Under the pieces are notes generated by a model. It was not told where the DNA came from, made no database searches, and saw only the letters and a program-made list of their open reading frames with translations. Below, piece after piece: positions 1 through 12,274 of a DNA stretch of 64,000 nt (position 1 is the first letter of the stretch; every line of letters begins with the position of its first letter). A program made the position numbers and the translations under genes. Origin of the DNA: Eledone cirrhosa (lineage: Eukaryota); contig OZ024753.1 in the NCBI GenBank assembly GCA_964016885.1, positions 13,454,001 to 13,518,000 on the forward strand, written 5' to 3'.

Positions 1-70
1 TTCCAGTATTGGCAGATAATGGAATTGAACCATCAAGACAGTTGAGGTATGTCATACATCAATTCATGTA

Positions 71-132
71 TTTTATCTGACGAGGACGTACTGAAAAAAC
101 AGCACAGTACCTTCGAAATATATATAATAAAA
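71..132 (+). ncRNA. Minimal type-I hammerhead ribozyme (Penelope-like/retrozyme family 1)
   Basis: UUUUAU-CUGACGA-stem II (GGACGUACUG...CAGUACCUUC)-GAAA-U-AUAU-A-UA-AUAAAA; stem I 71-76/127-132; predicted cleavage after AUA at 126. Confidence 0.8.
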
Positions 133-172
133 CATATTTTGATTATGTGAATGTCTTCATTTATTAATATTC

Positions 173-232
<60 letters not shown>

Positions 233-234
<2 letters not shown>

Positions 235-432
235 ATGTATAATAAACAATACAATATAATTACCTCATTACCAGAGGTTTCCCGAATAAGACGAATACAA
301 GAAACGTCCGCATTCGTTCGTCAGACAAGGAATTGCCTTGTCTGACGAACGAATGCGACGTTTCTTGTATTCGTCTTATTCGGGAAACCTCTGGTAATGA
401 GGTAATTATATTGTATTGTTTATTATACATTA
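233..432. repeat. ~200-bp near-perfect palindrome carrying mirror-image hammerheads
   Basis: Arms are reverse complements apart from a 1-nt indel; centre AATTG near 333; next to a (TA)n tract. Confidence 0.9.
336..402 (+). ncRNA. Type-I hammerhead ribozyme (mirror copy on minus strand at 263-330)
   Basis: CCUUGU-CUGACGA-stem II-GAAA-CC-UCU-GG-UA-AUGAGG; stem I pairs with G-U wobbles; GUA cleavage triplet. Confidence 0.7.
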
Positions 433-664
433 AATTTAGCTCTGTAACTTACATGGAGCACTCTTCACTCTTCCAATTTTCAACGGAAACTTCAATACTT
501 ATATATATATATGCGAGGGGGTTTCAAAGGGTTCGTGGAAAAAGTACATAGTTAAAAATCATATGCAGGGATTGTGATCTCAAATGAAATTGATAACAAA
601 AACAAAATTGAAGGCCGTGCCCCAGTATGGTCGAGGTCTAATGACTGAAACCAGTAAAAATAAA

Positions 665-850
665 TTAATTGTTTCTACTTTAGGCACAAGGCCAGCAATT
701 ACCCAGTGCATTACTGGTACTTTATTTTATCGACCCCGTAAGGATGAAAGGCAAAGTCAACCTCGGCGGGATTTGAACTTAGATCGTAAAGGGACGTAAC
801 TATGATGGAAAGCATGGCGTCCGACCCTCTACCGATACTGACAATTCACA
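665..850 (-). mobile_element. Short SINE, octopus-type family (copies at 8558-8745, 8770-8960, 23277-23425, 30617-30785)
   Basis: Reverse complement contains a B-box-like AGTTCAAATCC and the body CTTTGCCTTTCATCCTTACGGGGTCGATAAAATAAAGTACCAGT shared with the other copies. Confidence 0.75.
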
Positions 851-2220
851 AAATAAATGAATGTTTATATACAGACTTAAACTTCACACCGGCAGATAAG
901 AAGATATTGAATTATATACAATTTTCTTTTGTTTTAATAGTCTTTACTGTCCCCAAAAATACTTTAAATCATTTGAGAAAATTGTTGACTCAATGAGGAA
1001 AATATATTTAAAATTGTAAATATAAATGGACAAATATTTCTGGGAAAAGACGAGAGAATCATGGTGGGCATTGGAACTTAAATAAGAAGTGGATTATAAT
1101 ATAAATATAGATACAGATTTATATATAAACTGCGTAATGACGTCGTTGGGAAATAAATTAAGTTAAATGTTCATCGAGAAAAATATTTGCAATGGTAATT
1201 AATATAGAAAATAGAAGAAAAATAAAACTAGCACGAAGCTGGCTATAAAGTGAGTGTTTGTTTCAACGTTATAATAAGGGTTAATTTGATCCCCGACTTT
1301 ATGGCATACTACGAAAACAATGACGTTAACATCGGTGAACGAACGTAAGCTCAGATCGTAGATACCTATCAAAGAAAGATGTTGATCTTTCTACTTCTAT
1401 AGACAAAGTATAAATTAGCGTAGATAACATTTTACTTACCCTATATATCTATCCTGTTGAGAAAACATAGGTTGGTCTTGTTAAAGAGCGAGTATGAGAC
1501 ATTATTGATAAAATAATGAAGATACAATTGCATCAACATCCACAGTTTCTGTACAGACACATATACACGTTTATCACAACGAGGCTTCAATCGATTAGTC
1601 ACGTCTCTCTCTCTTTAATTAATTAGTACTAGTTATGCAAGTTGGTTACTATTTTTCTCAATCACCGTACTCTGATACAGCACTTGTTTTATTTTATATT
1701 TTATTTTTGTACACTCTGTTCATAGGTATTTAATGCTGTCTGTTAATATTTGAATTGAATGCTTTAAGTACACTGTCATTTTAAACACCCACTTCAGTAT
1801 GTATATACATTTTTTATTATATACAGGTTCTTTTGTTATCTTAGCAATTTAATTTGCTTTCTTATGCATTGTTTAGTTTTCAAAATTATTTAAATTTGTG
1901 TTTCATATATATACATTTACTATAGAAATGGCTTCTACAGGATTAGAACTGTTTCATTCGGAGGAAATCATCAGAAAAGATGACTGTCAATGTAATATAG
2001 TGGTATTTACACATTTTTTGGTGATTGGGATGGGTGGAGGTTATTGGCTGATGGATTTAAAGAATGGGGATTCTTTAAAAAAACTATATTTAGAGAAAAA
2101 TGTATAGTGATACAAAGACAAAAGTAAATTCACGCTAAGTTTTATAGACAAACACATACACACTGACAGACATTCCTAATTGAACTCGGGATAAACATTT
2201 ATATCTATCTATATATATAT

Positions 2221-4056
2221 ATCATCATCATCATCACCGTTTAACACCTACTTTTCTGCACTGGCTGGGTTAGGACAAGTTATCCTGTTATGAATAATGT
2301 CATGGTAGGTGTCCATGTCATGTTCATACAGGACCGATTTTGGCTTGGTTTCTATGACTGGATGCCCTTCCGAGCACCAACCTCATTTGCAGTAAGTACT
2401 GGGTGCTTTTTTGCTGTGACGCCTCCACAACTACTTTACAGTGTGGACTGGGTGCTTTTTGCCATGACACCTACTCGACCACTTTACGGTGTGGACTGAG
2501 CGCTTTTTGTTGTGTTGCCAACACGACCACTTTATAATGTGGTCTGGGCATTTTTTGTCTTGTCGCCGACATGACCACTTTACAGCATGGGTTGGAGGCT
2601 TTACTGGATATAACTTCAGTTTGTCCTCATGGAAGGTGTATGGGAGTGGGTGGGGTGGTGCATAATATATATATGCTTCAGGTACATGGCTTATGCCCAT
2701 GGGAAGTTGGGTTCTCTGTATTACTGCATAATGCCAGAGATATCGGTTCTGTGTCATCGTCTTTGAGAGGTGCAATTGGGCAAGGTCAGCTTTTATCACC
2801 TCATCCCAGGTCTTCCGGAGTTTCCCCACTCCACAGCTGCCATTGACTTTGAGCGCTCTGCACCTTTTTATACAGCTGTCACCCTTCATACGCATCACAT
2901 GTCCATACCAATGCAATCTCTTCTCCTGCACACAGCATTTGATTCCTCTTATGCTTAGTCTCTCTCTCAATTCATTTATGCTTTGCGATTCGCATACTTC
3001 TCTAAGACAATGTCTCTGGACCGAGATCTTTGGCGCTATGCAGTAATACAGAAGACCCGCCTTGCCTATGTACAAAGCGAAACCTACAGTCAGTAGACAC
3101 CTCTTAACCAAATATTCACCCCAATCCACTACCCCTACCCTATCCTCCCACTCCCACCAACAGCACGAGATAATGAGATCGAGATCGTGTAGGTGTCACG
3201 ACAAAAAAACACACACAGTCCACGCTGTAATGTGGCCGTGTAGGTAACACGGTAAAAAGTTCCCAGTTCCACACTGTAAATGAGGTTGGTGTTAGGAAGG
3301 GCATCCAGCCGTAGAAAACCTGCCAGATAGTCCTATATGAGCGAGACACGGTCACCCGACCAGCCTTGCCTCAAGTGGGACAACTCCCGTCTAAACCCAT
3401 GCTAGCGTGGAAAATGGACGTTAAACGAAGATGATGATGATGATATATTACTATTACACATCCATCAGAGCATGCAAGCTTCATTTCTTTCTCATCTATG
3501 TAAGTCTTCTGCACACAGCACCCAGGACTCACTACCATGCAACATTGCTGTTCATATACATGCATCATACAATCTGCCTTTCATTTTGAAGGAAAGACCT
3601 TTTGTAGCTAGCGGTGTAGTAGCTCCCTGAACTTCTTCCATCCCGTTTTTACCTTGGTTACTGTACTTTCAGAACACCCACCTCCGCTGTTAATTTGGTC
3701 AGCAGAAGCTGTCTACTGTTTCTTCCCAGAATTTGTTTCCTGTAGTTGTTGCTGTCCAGTATAACCGCTAAATGTAAAGCCTACATTCTTAGCTAAACTT
3801 CCTGAGATCCCACTGCATTTCTTGTGTACCCATAGTTTACATTTGGGGCAGAGCATGGAATTCCTACCTACACCTCTCCTATAAACAGAGCAAGGCCACT
3901 TCCATGAGAGGAACAAGGTACTGTTTTCTCTTCTACTTGCGAGGACCTTACTCTTTGTCAGGTTGACTTTAAGATCCCTTCTTTCTAGGCCCTGCTTCCA
4001 AGTTTGGAATTTCTTCTCTAGTTCCACCATAGATTCCGCTATGAGTGTAAGTTCAT
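2221..4056 (-). mobile_element. RTE-clade LINE 3' fragment (subfamily B), interrupted at ~2999-3447 and internally deleted
   Basis: (CAT)n tail at 2221; translated fragments RLHWYGHVMRM, KTWDEVIKADL, WPCSV...WVHKKCSG; coding sequence resumes across the insertion. Confidence 0.85.
2999..3447 (+). mobile_element. RTE subfamily A 3' end nested in opposite orientation inside the RTE-B copy
   Basis: Matches the ORF end and 3'UTR of 6450-6902 and 33950-34425; ends in (GAT)n. Confidence 0.85.
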
Positions 4057-4091
4057 ATTATGTGTATATATATGTATATATATATATACAT

Positions 4092-4520
4092 ATCATCATC
4101 ATCGTTTAACGTCTATCTTCCATGCTAGCATGGGTTAGACAGGAATTGTCCCACTTGAGGCAAGATTGATCGGGTGACCGTGTCTCGCTCATATAGGACT
4201 GTATCGGGCAAGTTTTCTACAGTTGGATGCCCTTCCTAACACCAACCACACTGGGAGCCTTTTTACTGTGACTCCTACACGACCACTTTACAGCGTGGAC
4301 TGTGTGTTTTTTTGTCATGACACCTACACGACCTCTTTAGTTTGGACTGGATGTTGCGGTGCCAACATAACTTTACAGAGAAAGAGTGATGTGGGTGGGA
4401 GTGGGAGGATGAAGTAGGGGTAATATTTTGGGGTGTATATTTGGTTAGGAGGGGCCTACTGTATGTAGGGAAGGCAGGTCTTCTGTATTACTGCATGGCG
4501 TCAAAGATCTCGATCCAGTG
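4092..4520 (-). mobile_element. RTE 3'UTR fragment
   Basis: (CAT)n tail followed by the CGTTTAACGTC...GGATGCCCTTCCTAACACCAACC 3'UTR shared with other copies. Confidence 0.8.
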
Positions 4521-4671
4521 ACATATATATATATATATATATATATATACAAATTTTGCACTCCTTCACATCTGTGCCCAAAGTAAGCTAGATCCCAGAA
4601 GGGGGTTGTTGGAGGGACTACTCCCCACCACCACCACACTCTATTATACTTCTAGTACAACCATGACTATT

Positions 4672-4812
4672 CTAGATCTTTTTCATCATTCATCTAGATC
4701 TTTTTCATCACTCATCTAGATCTTTTTCATCACTCATCTAGATCTTTTTCATCACTCATCTAGATCTTTTTCATCACTCATCTAGATCTCTCATCATTCA
4801 TCTAGATCTTTC
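4672..4812. repeat. 22-bp minisatellite TCTAGATCTTTTTCATCACTCA, ~6 copies
   Basis: Direct tandem copies visible. Confidence 0.9.
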
Positions 4813-5059
4813 GTCATTTTTTCTGTGACATTTTGAGATACAAACTCATCATTGGGAGTGTATAGAAGAAAACTTGTGACTAAGCAAACTTAAAACTTTC
4901 ATGAAAGAAAGTCTAATATAATTTGTATTGTCCCACCTACTTTACTAACTGTAATTTTACTAATATAATAGGTATACAGGTATAAATACCTGTCTATTTC
5001 TAATTGTTAATCTTACTGCCGACACTGCTCTTCATTAAAATCAAAATCTTATTTCATTT

Positions 5060-5195
5060 ATTACTGTCTATATATATATATATATTATTACTGTCTATAT
5101 ATATATATATTATTACTGTCTATATATATATATATTATTACTGTCTATATATATATATATTATTACTGTCTATATATATATATATATATATATAT
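5060..5195. repeat. TTACTGTC(TA)nTTA compound tandem repeat, ~5 copies
   Basis: Direct tandem copies with variable TA length. Confidence 0.85.
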
Positions 5196-5197
5196 TA

Positions 5198-5451
5198 ATT
5201 CAAAATATTAACAAAAAATAGACATTCATGTGATCAAGTATATTTTATTATACATAATTCAGAGGTACTAAGCTATCTTCAACAGTACGTCCTCATCAGG
5301 TAAAATAAGATGATGCATGACATACCCTGACTTAGTAGATGGTTAAGATTCAGTCATGGTAGTACTGTTGAAGATAGCTTAGTACCTCTGAAATATGTAT
5401 AATAAAATATACTTGATCACAAGAATGTCTATTTTTGTTAATATTTTGAAT
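5198..5451. mobile_element. Penelope-like inverted-repeat element with hammerhead (minus strand 5241-5307, GAAA mutated to GAAU; plus arm has an intact 3' half)
   Basis: Arms 5198-5289 and 5362-5451 are inverted; minus strand reads UAUUUUAC-CUGAUGA-GGACGUAC...GUACCUCU-GAAU-UAUGUAUA-AUAAAAUA; same family as 1-176. Confidence 0.7.
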
Positions 5452-5622
5452 CAATATTAATAACTCTGGAAAACCATTTTTGTTGAGTGCTTCCAATCTA
5501 TTGTAAAACTCATTCTTTGATTTATTCATTGAACATTGTTTAACCTTTAAATATATATATATATATTTTAGTTAGTTGTTCAACAACAGTTACAGGTGGC
5601 AAGCCATTATATATATATATAT

Positions 5623-6902
5623 ATGGAAGCACGGCCTAGAATCAAAAGGCCTTAAAATTAATCTGGCTAAGACCAAAGTTCTAGTTTGTAGGAAAGAAAA
5701 TAAGGCGGCGGTCCCTTCCGGGAAGTGGCCATGCTCAGTGTGTAGGAAAGGCGTAGGTAGAAACTCCATTTTGTGTCAGAAATGCAAAGTATGGGTGCAT
5801 AAAAGATGTAGTGGGATCACAGGTAAGCTAACTAAGAACATAGATTTCACATGTGGCCGGTGCTCTGGTGCAATAAGTAGCAGCAAGTGCCCAAAAAATA
5901 CTAGCTCTTTCAACTGCGCAGAGGGCTCTATAGAAATAGTGGACAGCTTCCGTTACCTGGGTGACAAAATCAGCAGTGGGGGAGGGTGCTCTGAAAGTAC
6001 AGTAGCTAGAGTCAGAACTGGATGGAAAAAGTTCAGAGAGCTTATACCACTATTAGCCGCTAAAGGGTTCTCCCTAAAAACGAAAGGCAGGTTGTATGAT
6101 GCCTGCATACGAACAGCAATGTTGCATGGCAGTGAGACCTGGGCATTGTGTGCAGAGGATATACGCAGACTAGAGAGGAACGAAGCTTGCATGCTCCGCT
6201 GGATGTATAATAGTAATATACGTGAACGGCAAAGCATAAACGAACTAAAGAAAAAATTAGAAATAAGAGGGATCAGATGTTGTTTACTCGAGAGAAGGCT
6301 ACGTTGGTATGGACACGTGATGCGCATGAAAGTCGATAGCTGTATAACAAAGTGCAGGGCAATAAAGATAGACGGTAGCCACGGAATAGGCAGACCTAGA
6401 AAAATCTGGGACGAGCTGATAAACTCAGACCTCACACACTTACACCTCTCCAAGACAATGTCACTGGACCGAGACCTTTGGCGGTACTCAGTAATAGAGA
6501 AGACCCGCCTTACCTAAATACATAGTAAAACCTACTACAGTCAGTAGGCATCTCTAACAAAATACACCCCGTCCCACCACCCCCACCCCATCCACACCAC
6601 CCCCTTCTATGTAAAGTTATGTTAGTGCCACACCATCCAGGCCGAAATAAATGAGATCGTGTAGGTGTCACGACAAAAAAAACACACAGTCCACGCTGTA
6701 ATGTGGCCGTGTAGGCAACACGGTAAAAACCTCCCAGACCCACACTGTAAATGTGGTTGGTGTTAGGAAGGGCATCCAACTGTAGAAAACCTGCCAGACA
6801 GTCCTATGCGAGCAAGACAATCACTCTTGCCTCAAGTGGGAAAACCCCCGTCCAAACCCATGCAAGCGTGGAACACGGACGTTAAACGTTGATGATGATG
6901 AT
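5623..6902 (+). mobile_element. RTE subfamily A, 5'-truncated (PHD finger, RT thumb, C-terminus, 3'UTR)
   Basis: Open frame to 6517 with C4HC3 finger, VDSFRYLG and RLRWYGHVMRM; (GAT)n tail; 5' end abuts (TA)n. Confidence 0.92.
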
Positions 6903-7708
6903 ATATATATATATATATATATGTACACTCCCTTGCTAGTAGAGAAAGAAAATGGACATTAAATGATGATGATGATGACTGTGATGAAATGCATATGTGT
7001 GTGTGTATGTGTTTATGCGTGTGCGTGTGTTTTTTTCTTTGTATATTGTACTATTTCAACTTGTCTCAACAACTTGTACATCTATCTAGGTTGCTTGCAT
7101 GTTCAATATAAGAATTCCCAGGAAAACCCACAGATTTTTTTTTTAACACAGAGACAAGTCTGTGAGATTTTACCACTCACTTTTACACAATATTCCTCTC
7201 TTACGTAGGTACAAAGTTTTCAGGCTTATAATTGGGAAGAAATGTTGTTCAGTGACTTCTGTGCATTTTTTACAAAGAAATGGGCCACTTAAATGAAGTA
7301 TTTTACACATAAAAATCCTATAGTGCAGTATTTTTCAAATTATTTTTACTGTGGCCCACAGCAAGTGCTATGCTCTCTATTGTGACCCAGTATCCCTACA
7401 TGTCATTCACACTTGCTTATTTATTTTTGTAGACTGTTTCTTAACGTCATGACCCATTTTATTTATTTCACAACCTACTAAGGGACCAAGACTGCTGTTT
7501 GAAACAAAACCCTGTCATAGAGGATTAGATCTTGAAATAAGCATGTCTTGCATAGGAAGTTACAACTGACACAAGTCCAACTCATTTTGACGTTTATAGG
7601 CATTTTTATGAACCATGTCCAATATTCACAGTTTTTCACTCTTTGCAGGTGCTCTAGGAATGCAAACCACACGAATAGTGGGGAACAGCTGTGTATGTGT
7701 GTATATAA

Positions 7709-7742
<34 letters not shown>

Positions 7743-7743
<1 letters not shown>

Positions 7744-8015
7744 GAAGCACGTGGCCTAGTGGTAAGGGTGTTGGACTTATGATCATAATGTTGTGGGTTC
7801 GATTCCTGAGTTACGTTTTGTGTTCTTGAGCAAAACACTTCATTTCACATTGCCCCAGTATACTCAGCTGAAAATGAGTACCAGCAATAGCTGGAGGTTT
7901 AACCCTGTGATGGACAGGCATCCTGTCCAGGGGGGAGTCTTATACTCTCAGTCGCTTCACGCCATGAAACTGGGATAAGCACCAGTCAAATGAGCCTTCT
8001 GGCTTAAGACAGACT
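7743..8015 (+). mobile_element. tRNA-derived SINE
   Basis: A box TGGCCTAGTGG, B box GGTTCGATTCC, then a SINE-like body; lies between (TG)n and (TA)n. Confidence 0.8.
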
Positions 8016-8026
8016 ATATATATATG

Positions 8027-8420
8027 AAGGCACATGGCTTAGTGGTTAGAGCATTGGCCTTGCAATCGAAAGGTTGTGAGTTCAATTCTCAGACCGGGCG
8101 ATGTGTTGTTTCCTTCAGCAAGGCACTTTATTTCACGTTGCTCCAGTTTACTCAGCTGTAGAAATGGGATGATAGGGACTGGGGTCTCTATCATTCCACT
8201 GCAAAGTGGTCGTGGAGGTACCACGGCAAAAAAAGCACCCAGCCCACACTGTAAAGTGGACATGCAGGTGCCAGGGAAAAAAAAGCACCCGGTACTCACT
8301 GTAAATGAGGTTGGTGTTAGGAAGGGCATCCAGCTGTAGAAATCAAGCCAGAATCAGTTTCCATCCCACCCTTGCAAGCAGGGAAAAGCGGACGTAAAAT
8401 GATCATGATGATGATGATGA
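8027..8420 (+). mobile_element. tRNA-derived SINE with RTE-derived 3' tail
   Basis: A box TGGCTTAGTGG, B box AGTTCAATTCT; 3' end CCCACCCTTGCAAGCAGGGAAAAGCGGACGTAAAATGAT matches the RTE-C 3' end; second copy at 35551-35943 (-). Confidence 0.85.
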
Positions 8421-8441
8421 TATATATGTCATTACTACAGA

Positions 8442-8525
8442 GGTCCGACGAGCTTTTGATTCCAGAGTCAGGCCAGATCGACACAGATTGAACCTGAGCT
8501 GATCAGTAGCGAAACATATGTCACC
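8442..8525 (+). ncRNA. Hammerhead ribozyme, CCGACGA (U4C) core variant
   Basis: GGU-CCGACGA-GCU...AGC-GAAA-C-AUAU-G-UC-ACC; GUC triplet; palindromic AUAU loop; long stem II. Confidence 0.65.
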
Positions 8526-8557
8526 AACCAATAAACGTGTTGAAGGAGTAACCATTC

Positions 8558-8960
8558 GGTGGATTGGCAGTATCGGTAGAGGGCCAGACGCCATTCTTTG
8601 CACCATAGAGTTACGGCCCTATACGATCTGAGTTCAAATCCCGCCAAGTTTAACTTTGCCTTTCATCCTTACGGGGTCGATAAAATAAAGTACCAGTAAT
8701 ACACTGAGTTAATTGCTGGCCTTGTGCCAAAAATTAGAAACAATTATTATATATATATGTATATAAGGGAGATGGATTGGCAGTATCAGTAGAGGGTTGG
8801 ATGCCATGCTTTCCAGCATAGAGTTACGCCCCTTTACAGTCTGAGTTGAAATCCTGGCAAGGTTAACTTTGCCTTTCATCCTTATGGGGTCGATAAAATA
8901 AAGTACCAGTAATACACTGGGATAATTGCTGGCCTTGAGCCAGAAGTAGAAACAATTATA
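8558..8960 (+). mobile_element. Two tandem copies of the octopus-type SINE
   Basis: GGATTGGCAGTATC...GAGTTCAAATCC...GGGGTCGATAAAATAAAGTACCAG...AGAAACAATT occurs twice, separated by (TA)n. Confidence 0.8.
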
Positions 8961-9256
8961 CATATATATATATAGTTTAAGATGGTAAGATGGACAAAAC
9001 AAGAGAAGAACCCCTTCATCAGCTGTTAACTGCAGATCATAGATGTTATATTTATATGTATATATATATAAGCAAAGGGATATTTAATTTGTTGGTTATT
9101 CAACAAATTTATTTATAACAGATTCGAAGCACTCTACAGATTTTTCTGAAGTATAATATCAATGATATTAATAAATGGAGACTATATTTATAAAACCATA
9201 TTTATTTATATATTTTATATATTTTGGTGCCCTTGAAATATATATAATAAAATACA

Positions 9257-12037
9257 TATCATCATCATCATCATCATCATCAACGTTTAACGTCCATTTT
9301 CCACGCTTGCATGGGTTTGGACGGGGGTAGTCCCACTTGAGGCAAGAGTGATTGTCTTGCTCACATAGGACTGTCTGGCAGGTTTTCTACAGTTGGATGC
9401 CCTTCCTAACACCAACCACATTTACAGTGTGGGTCTGGGAGGTTTTTACCGTGTTGCCTACACGGCCACATTACAGCGTGGACTGTGTGTTTTTTTGTCG
9501 TGACACCTACACGATCTCATTTGTTTCGGCCTCGATGGCGCGGCACCAACATAACTTTACATAGAACGGGGTGGTGTGGATGGGGTAGGGGTGGGGGTGG
9601 TGGGACGGGGTGTATTTTGTTAGGGATGCCTACTGGCTGGAGCAGGTTTTACTATATATTTAGGTAAGGCGGGTCTTCTCTGTTACTGAGTACCGCCAAA
9701 GGTCTCGGTCCAGTGACATTGTCTTGGAGAGGTGTAAGTGTGTGATGTCGGAGTTTATCAGCTCGTCCCAGGTTTTTCTAGGTCTGCCTATTCCGTGACT
9801 ACCGTCTATCTTTATTGCCCTGCACTTTGTTATACAGCTATCGACTTTCATGCGCATCACGTGTCCATACCAACGTAGCCTTCTCTCGAGTAAACAACAT
9901 CTGATCCCTCTTATCTCTAATTTTTTCCTTAGTTCGTTTATGCTTTGCCGTTCACGTATATTACTGTTACACATCCAGCGGAGCATGCAAGCTTCGTTCC
10001 TCTCTAGTCTGCGTATATCCTCTGCACACAATGCCCAGGTCTCACTGCCATGCAGCATTGCTGTTCGTATGCAGGCATCGTACAACCTGCCTTTCATTTT
10101 TAGTGAGAACCCTTTAGCAGCTAATAGTGGTATAAGCTCTCTGAACTTTTTCCAACCAGTTCTGACTCTAGCTACAGTACTTTCAGAGCACCCTCCCCCA
10201 CTGCTGATTTTATCGCCCAGGTAACGGAAGCTGTCCACTATTTCTATAGAACCCTCTGCGCAATTGAAAGAGCTAGTAGCTTGTGGGCACTTGCTGTTAC
10301 TTATTGCACCAGAGCACCGGCCACATGTAAAATCTATGTTCTTAGTTAGCTTACCTGTGATCCCACTACATCTTTTATGCACCCATACTTTGCATTTAGG
10401 ACATAAAATGGAGTTTCTACCTACGCCTTTCCTACACACCGAGCACGACCATTTCCCAGAAGGGACCGCCGCCTTGTTTTCTTTCCTACAAACTAGTACT
10501 TTGGTCTTAGCCAGGTTAATTTTAAGTCCTTTTGACTCTAGGCCGTGCTTCCATGTTTGGAATTTCTTCTCTAGCTCGGCCATTGATTCCGCTATGAGTG
10601 TCAGGTCGTCTGCGTATAGGAGTTCCCATGGGCAGCCTGTCTTGAACTCCTCTGTTATAGCCTGAAGGGCAATAATAAATAGTAGTGGGCTGAGAACAGA
10701 GCCCTGATGGACGCCAACTTTTACGCTAAACTCTTCACTATATTCGTTGTTAATTCTAACCTTGCTGACTGTTTCTTTATACATGGCTTGTATAGCCCTC
10801 ACAAGCCATTCGTCAACGCCTAGTTTTCTAAGAGCCCACCAGATAATGGAGTGGGGGACTCTGTCGAAGGCTTTCTCCAAGTCGACAAAAGCTAAGTAGA
10901 GGGGTTTACCTTTAGCTAGGTACTTCTCCTGTAGTTGTCGTACTATGAAAAGAGCGTCTGTGGTACTTTTGCCTGACACAAACCCGAACTGCATTTCATC
11001 TAGGTCAATTCTCTCTCTGATTAGTTGCGCTATTACTTTTTCCGTGACCTTCATGACCTGGTCGATTAATTTAATGCCTCTATAGTTACTCCTATCTAGG
11101 GCGTCTCCTTTACCCTTATAACAGTTAACGATGATGCTGCTATGCCAGTCCTTCGGAACAACCCCATTCTGTACGACTTGGTTAACTATGCGGGTGACCA
11201 TGGTGTGTCCCACCGTGCCAGATGCCTTCAGCATCTCAGCAACTATTTCCGAAGGCCCAGCCGCCTTACCCGTCTTCATATCCTTGATTGCCTTACTTAT
11301 TATACTCCCCTCGACTAACACTGCTGGTCCCTCTATTGGGTCGATATGGGGGAGACTGCCTTTCTCCCAATTATTCTCCTCATTTAGTAGCCTTTCATAG
11401 TGACACTTCCAAGCTACCTTCTTATCAGCGTCGGTGATGGCAAGTGTGCCATCGTCGTTTAGTACACACTTCTCCCCGACAATATCACGGTTTTCCTTGA
11501 CGCATTGCCTAGCAATCCTGAACACCTCACGTTTTTGGTCATCGCGTTGTAGAACATGCTTGAACTTTCTTTCCTCAGCTTCCCTTCTTGCTAAGTACAC
11601 TTGTCTCCTAGCTTCCCTCCTGGCCACTTGATAGTCCTCTCTACTTCCCCCATCCCGCCATACTTTCCAAGCCTGCTTTTTGGCCTTAATTGACCCCTCC
11701 ACCTTACTGTTCCACCACCATGTTACTCTCCTCCTGCCTACAGGCCTGCTCCAGCCACAGACTTCGTCTGTCGCCAACAGCAGGTTTGCTTTCAGAAATT
11801 CCCACTCTCCCTCTATATTGTCCGACTCTAAATGTTCTTCCTTACTGTCGAAAGCATCAAGTAATATGCTTTGAAATTTATTCCTGGCTGTGGGGTCCTT
11901 TAGCTTCCATATTTTCCTCCTGAGGATAGTCCTCTTCTGTTGTCGAGTACGTCTCGTCCTGACTATGAGGTCGCTAATTATCAGTCTATGTTGGGAGGTG
12001 CATTCTTCATGGGGGAGGGATTTAGTGTTTACAACAG
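9257..12037 (-). mobile_element. Young 5'-truncated RTE-clade LINE (subfamily A)
   Basis: (CAT)n tail at 9257, 3'UTR, and an uninterrupted ORF2 from the end of the APE domain through RT. Confidence 0.95.
9660..12037 (-). CDS. RTE ORF2 fragment: APE C-terminus, reverse transcriptase, PHD finger (no native start)
   Basis: Motifs SQHRLIISDL, NYRGIKLI, QFGF, FVDLEKAFDRV, GVHQGSVLSPLLF, LLYADDL, C4HC3, FRYLG; ~790 codons without a stop. Confidence 0.9.
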
Positions 12038-12119
12038 ACACTCTGTCATATATGGTTTTATAAATATAGTTTCCATTTATTAATATCATTGATGTATATA
12101 TATATATATATATATTTGT

Positions 12120-12185
<66 letters not shown>

Positions 12186-12274
12186 GAAGTTCTATTTAAA
12201 TTGTTGCGATACAACAAGCAAATATTTTTATAACTGATATAAAGCACTCAACTAATTATTGGAATAAAAATACA

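Noticed and set aside
7743-8100. tRNA genes
   Set aside because: A/B boxes are present but no complete cloverleaf, and each continues into a SINE body
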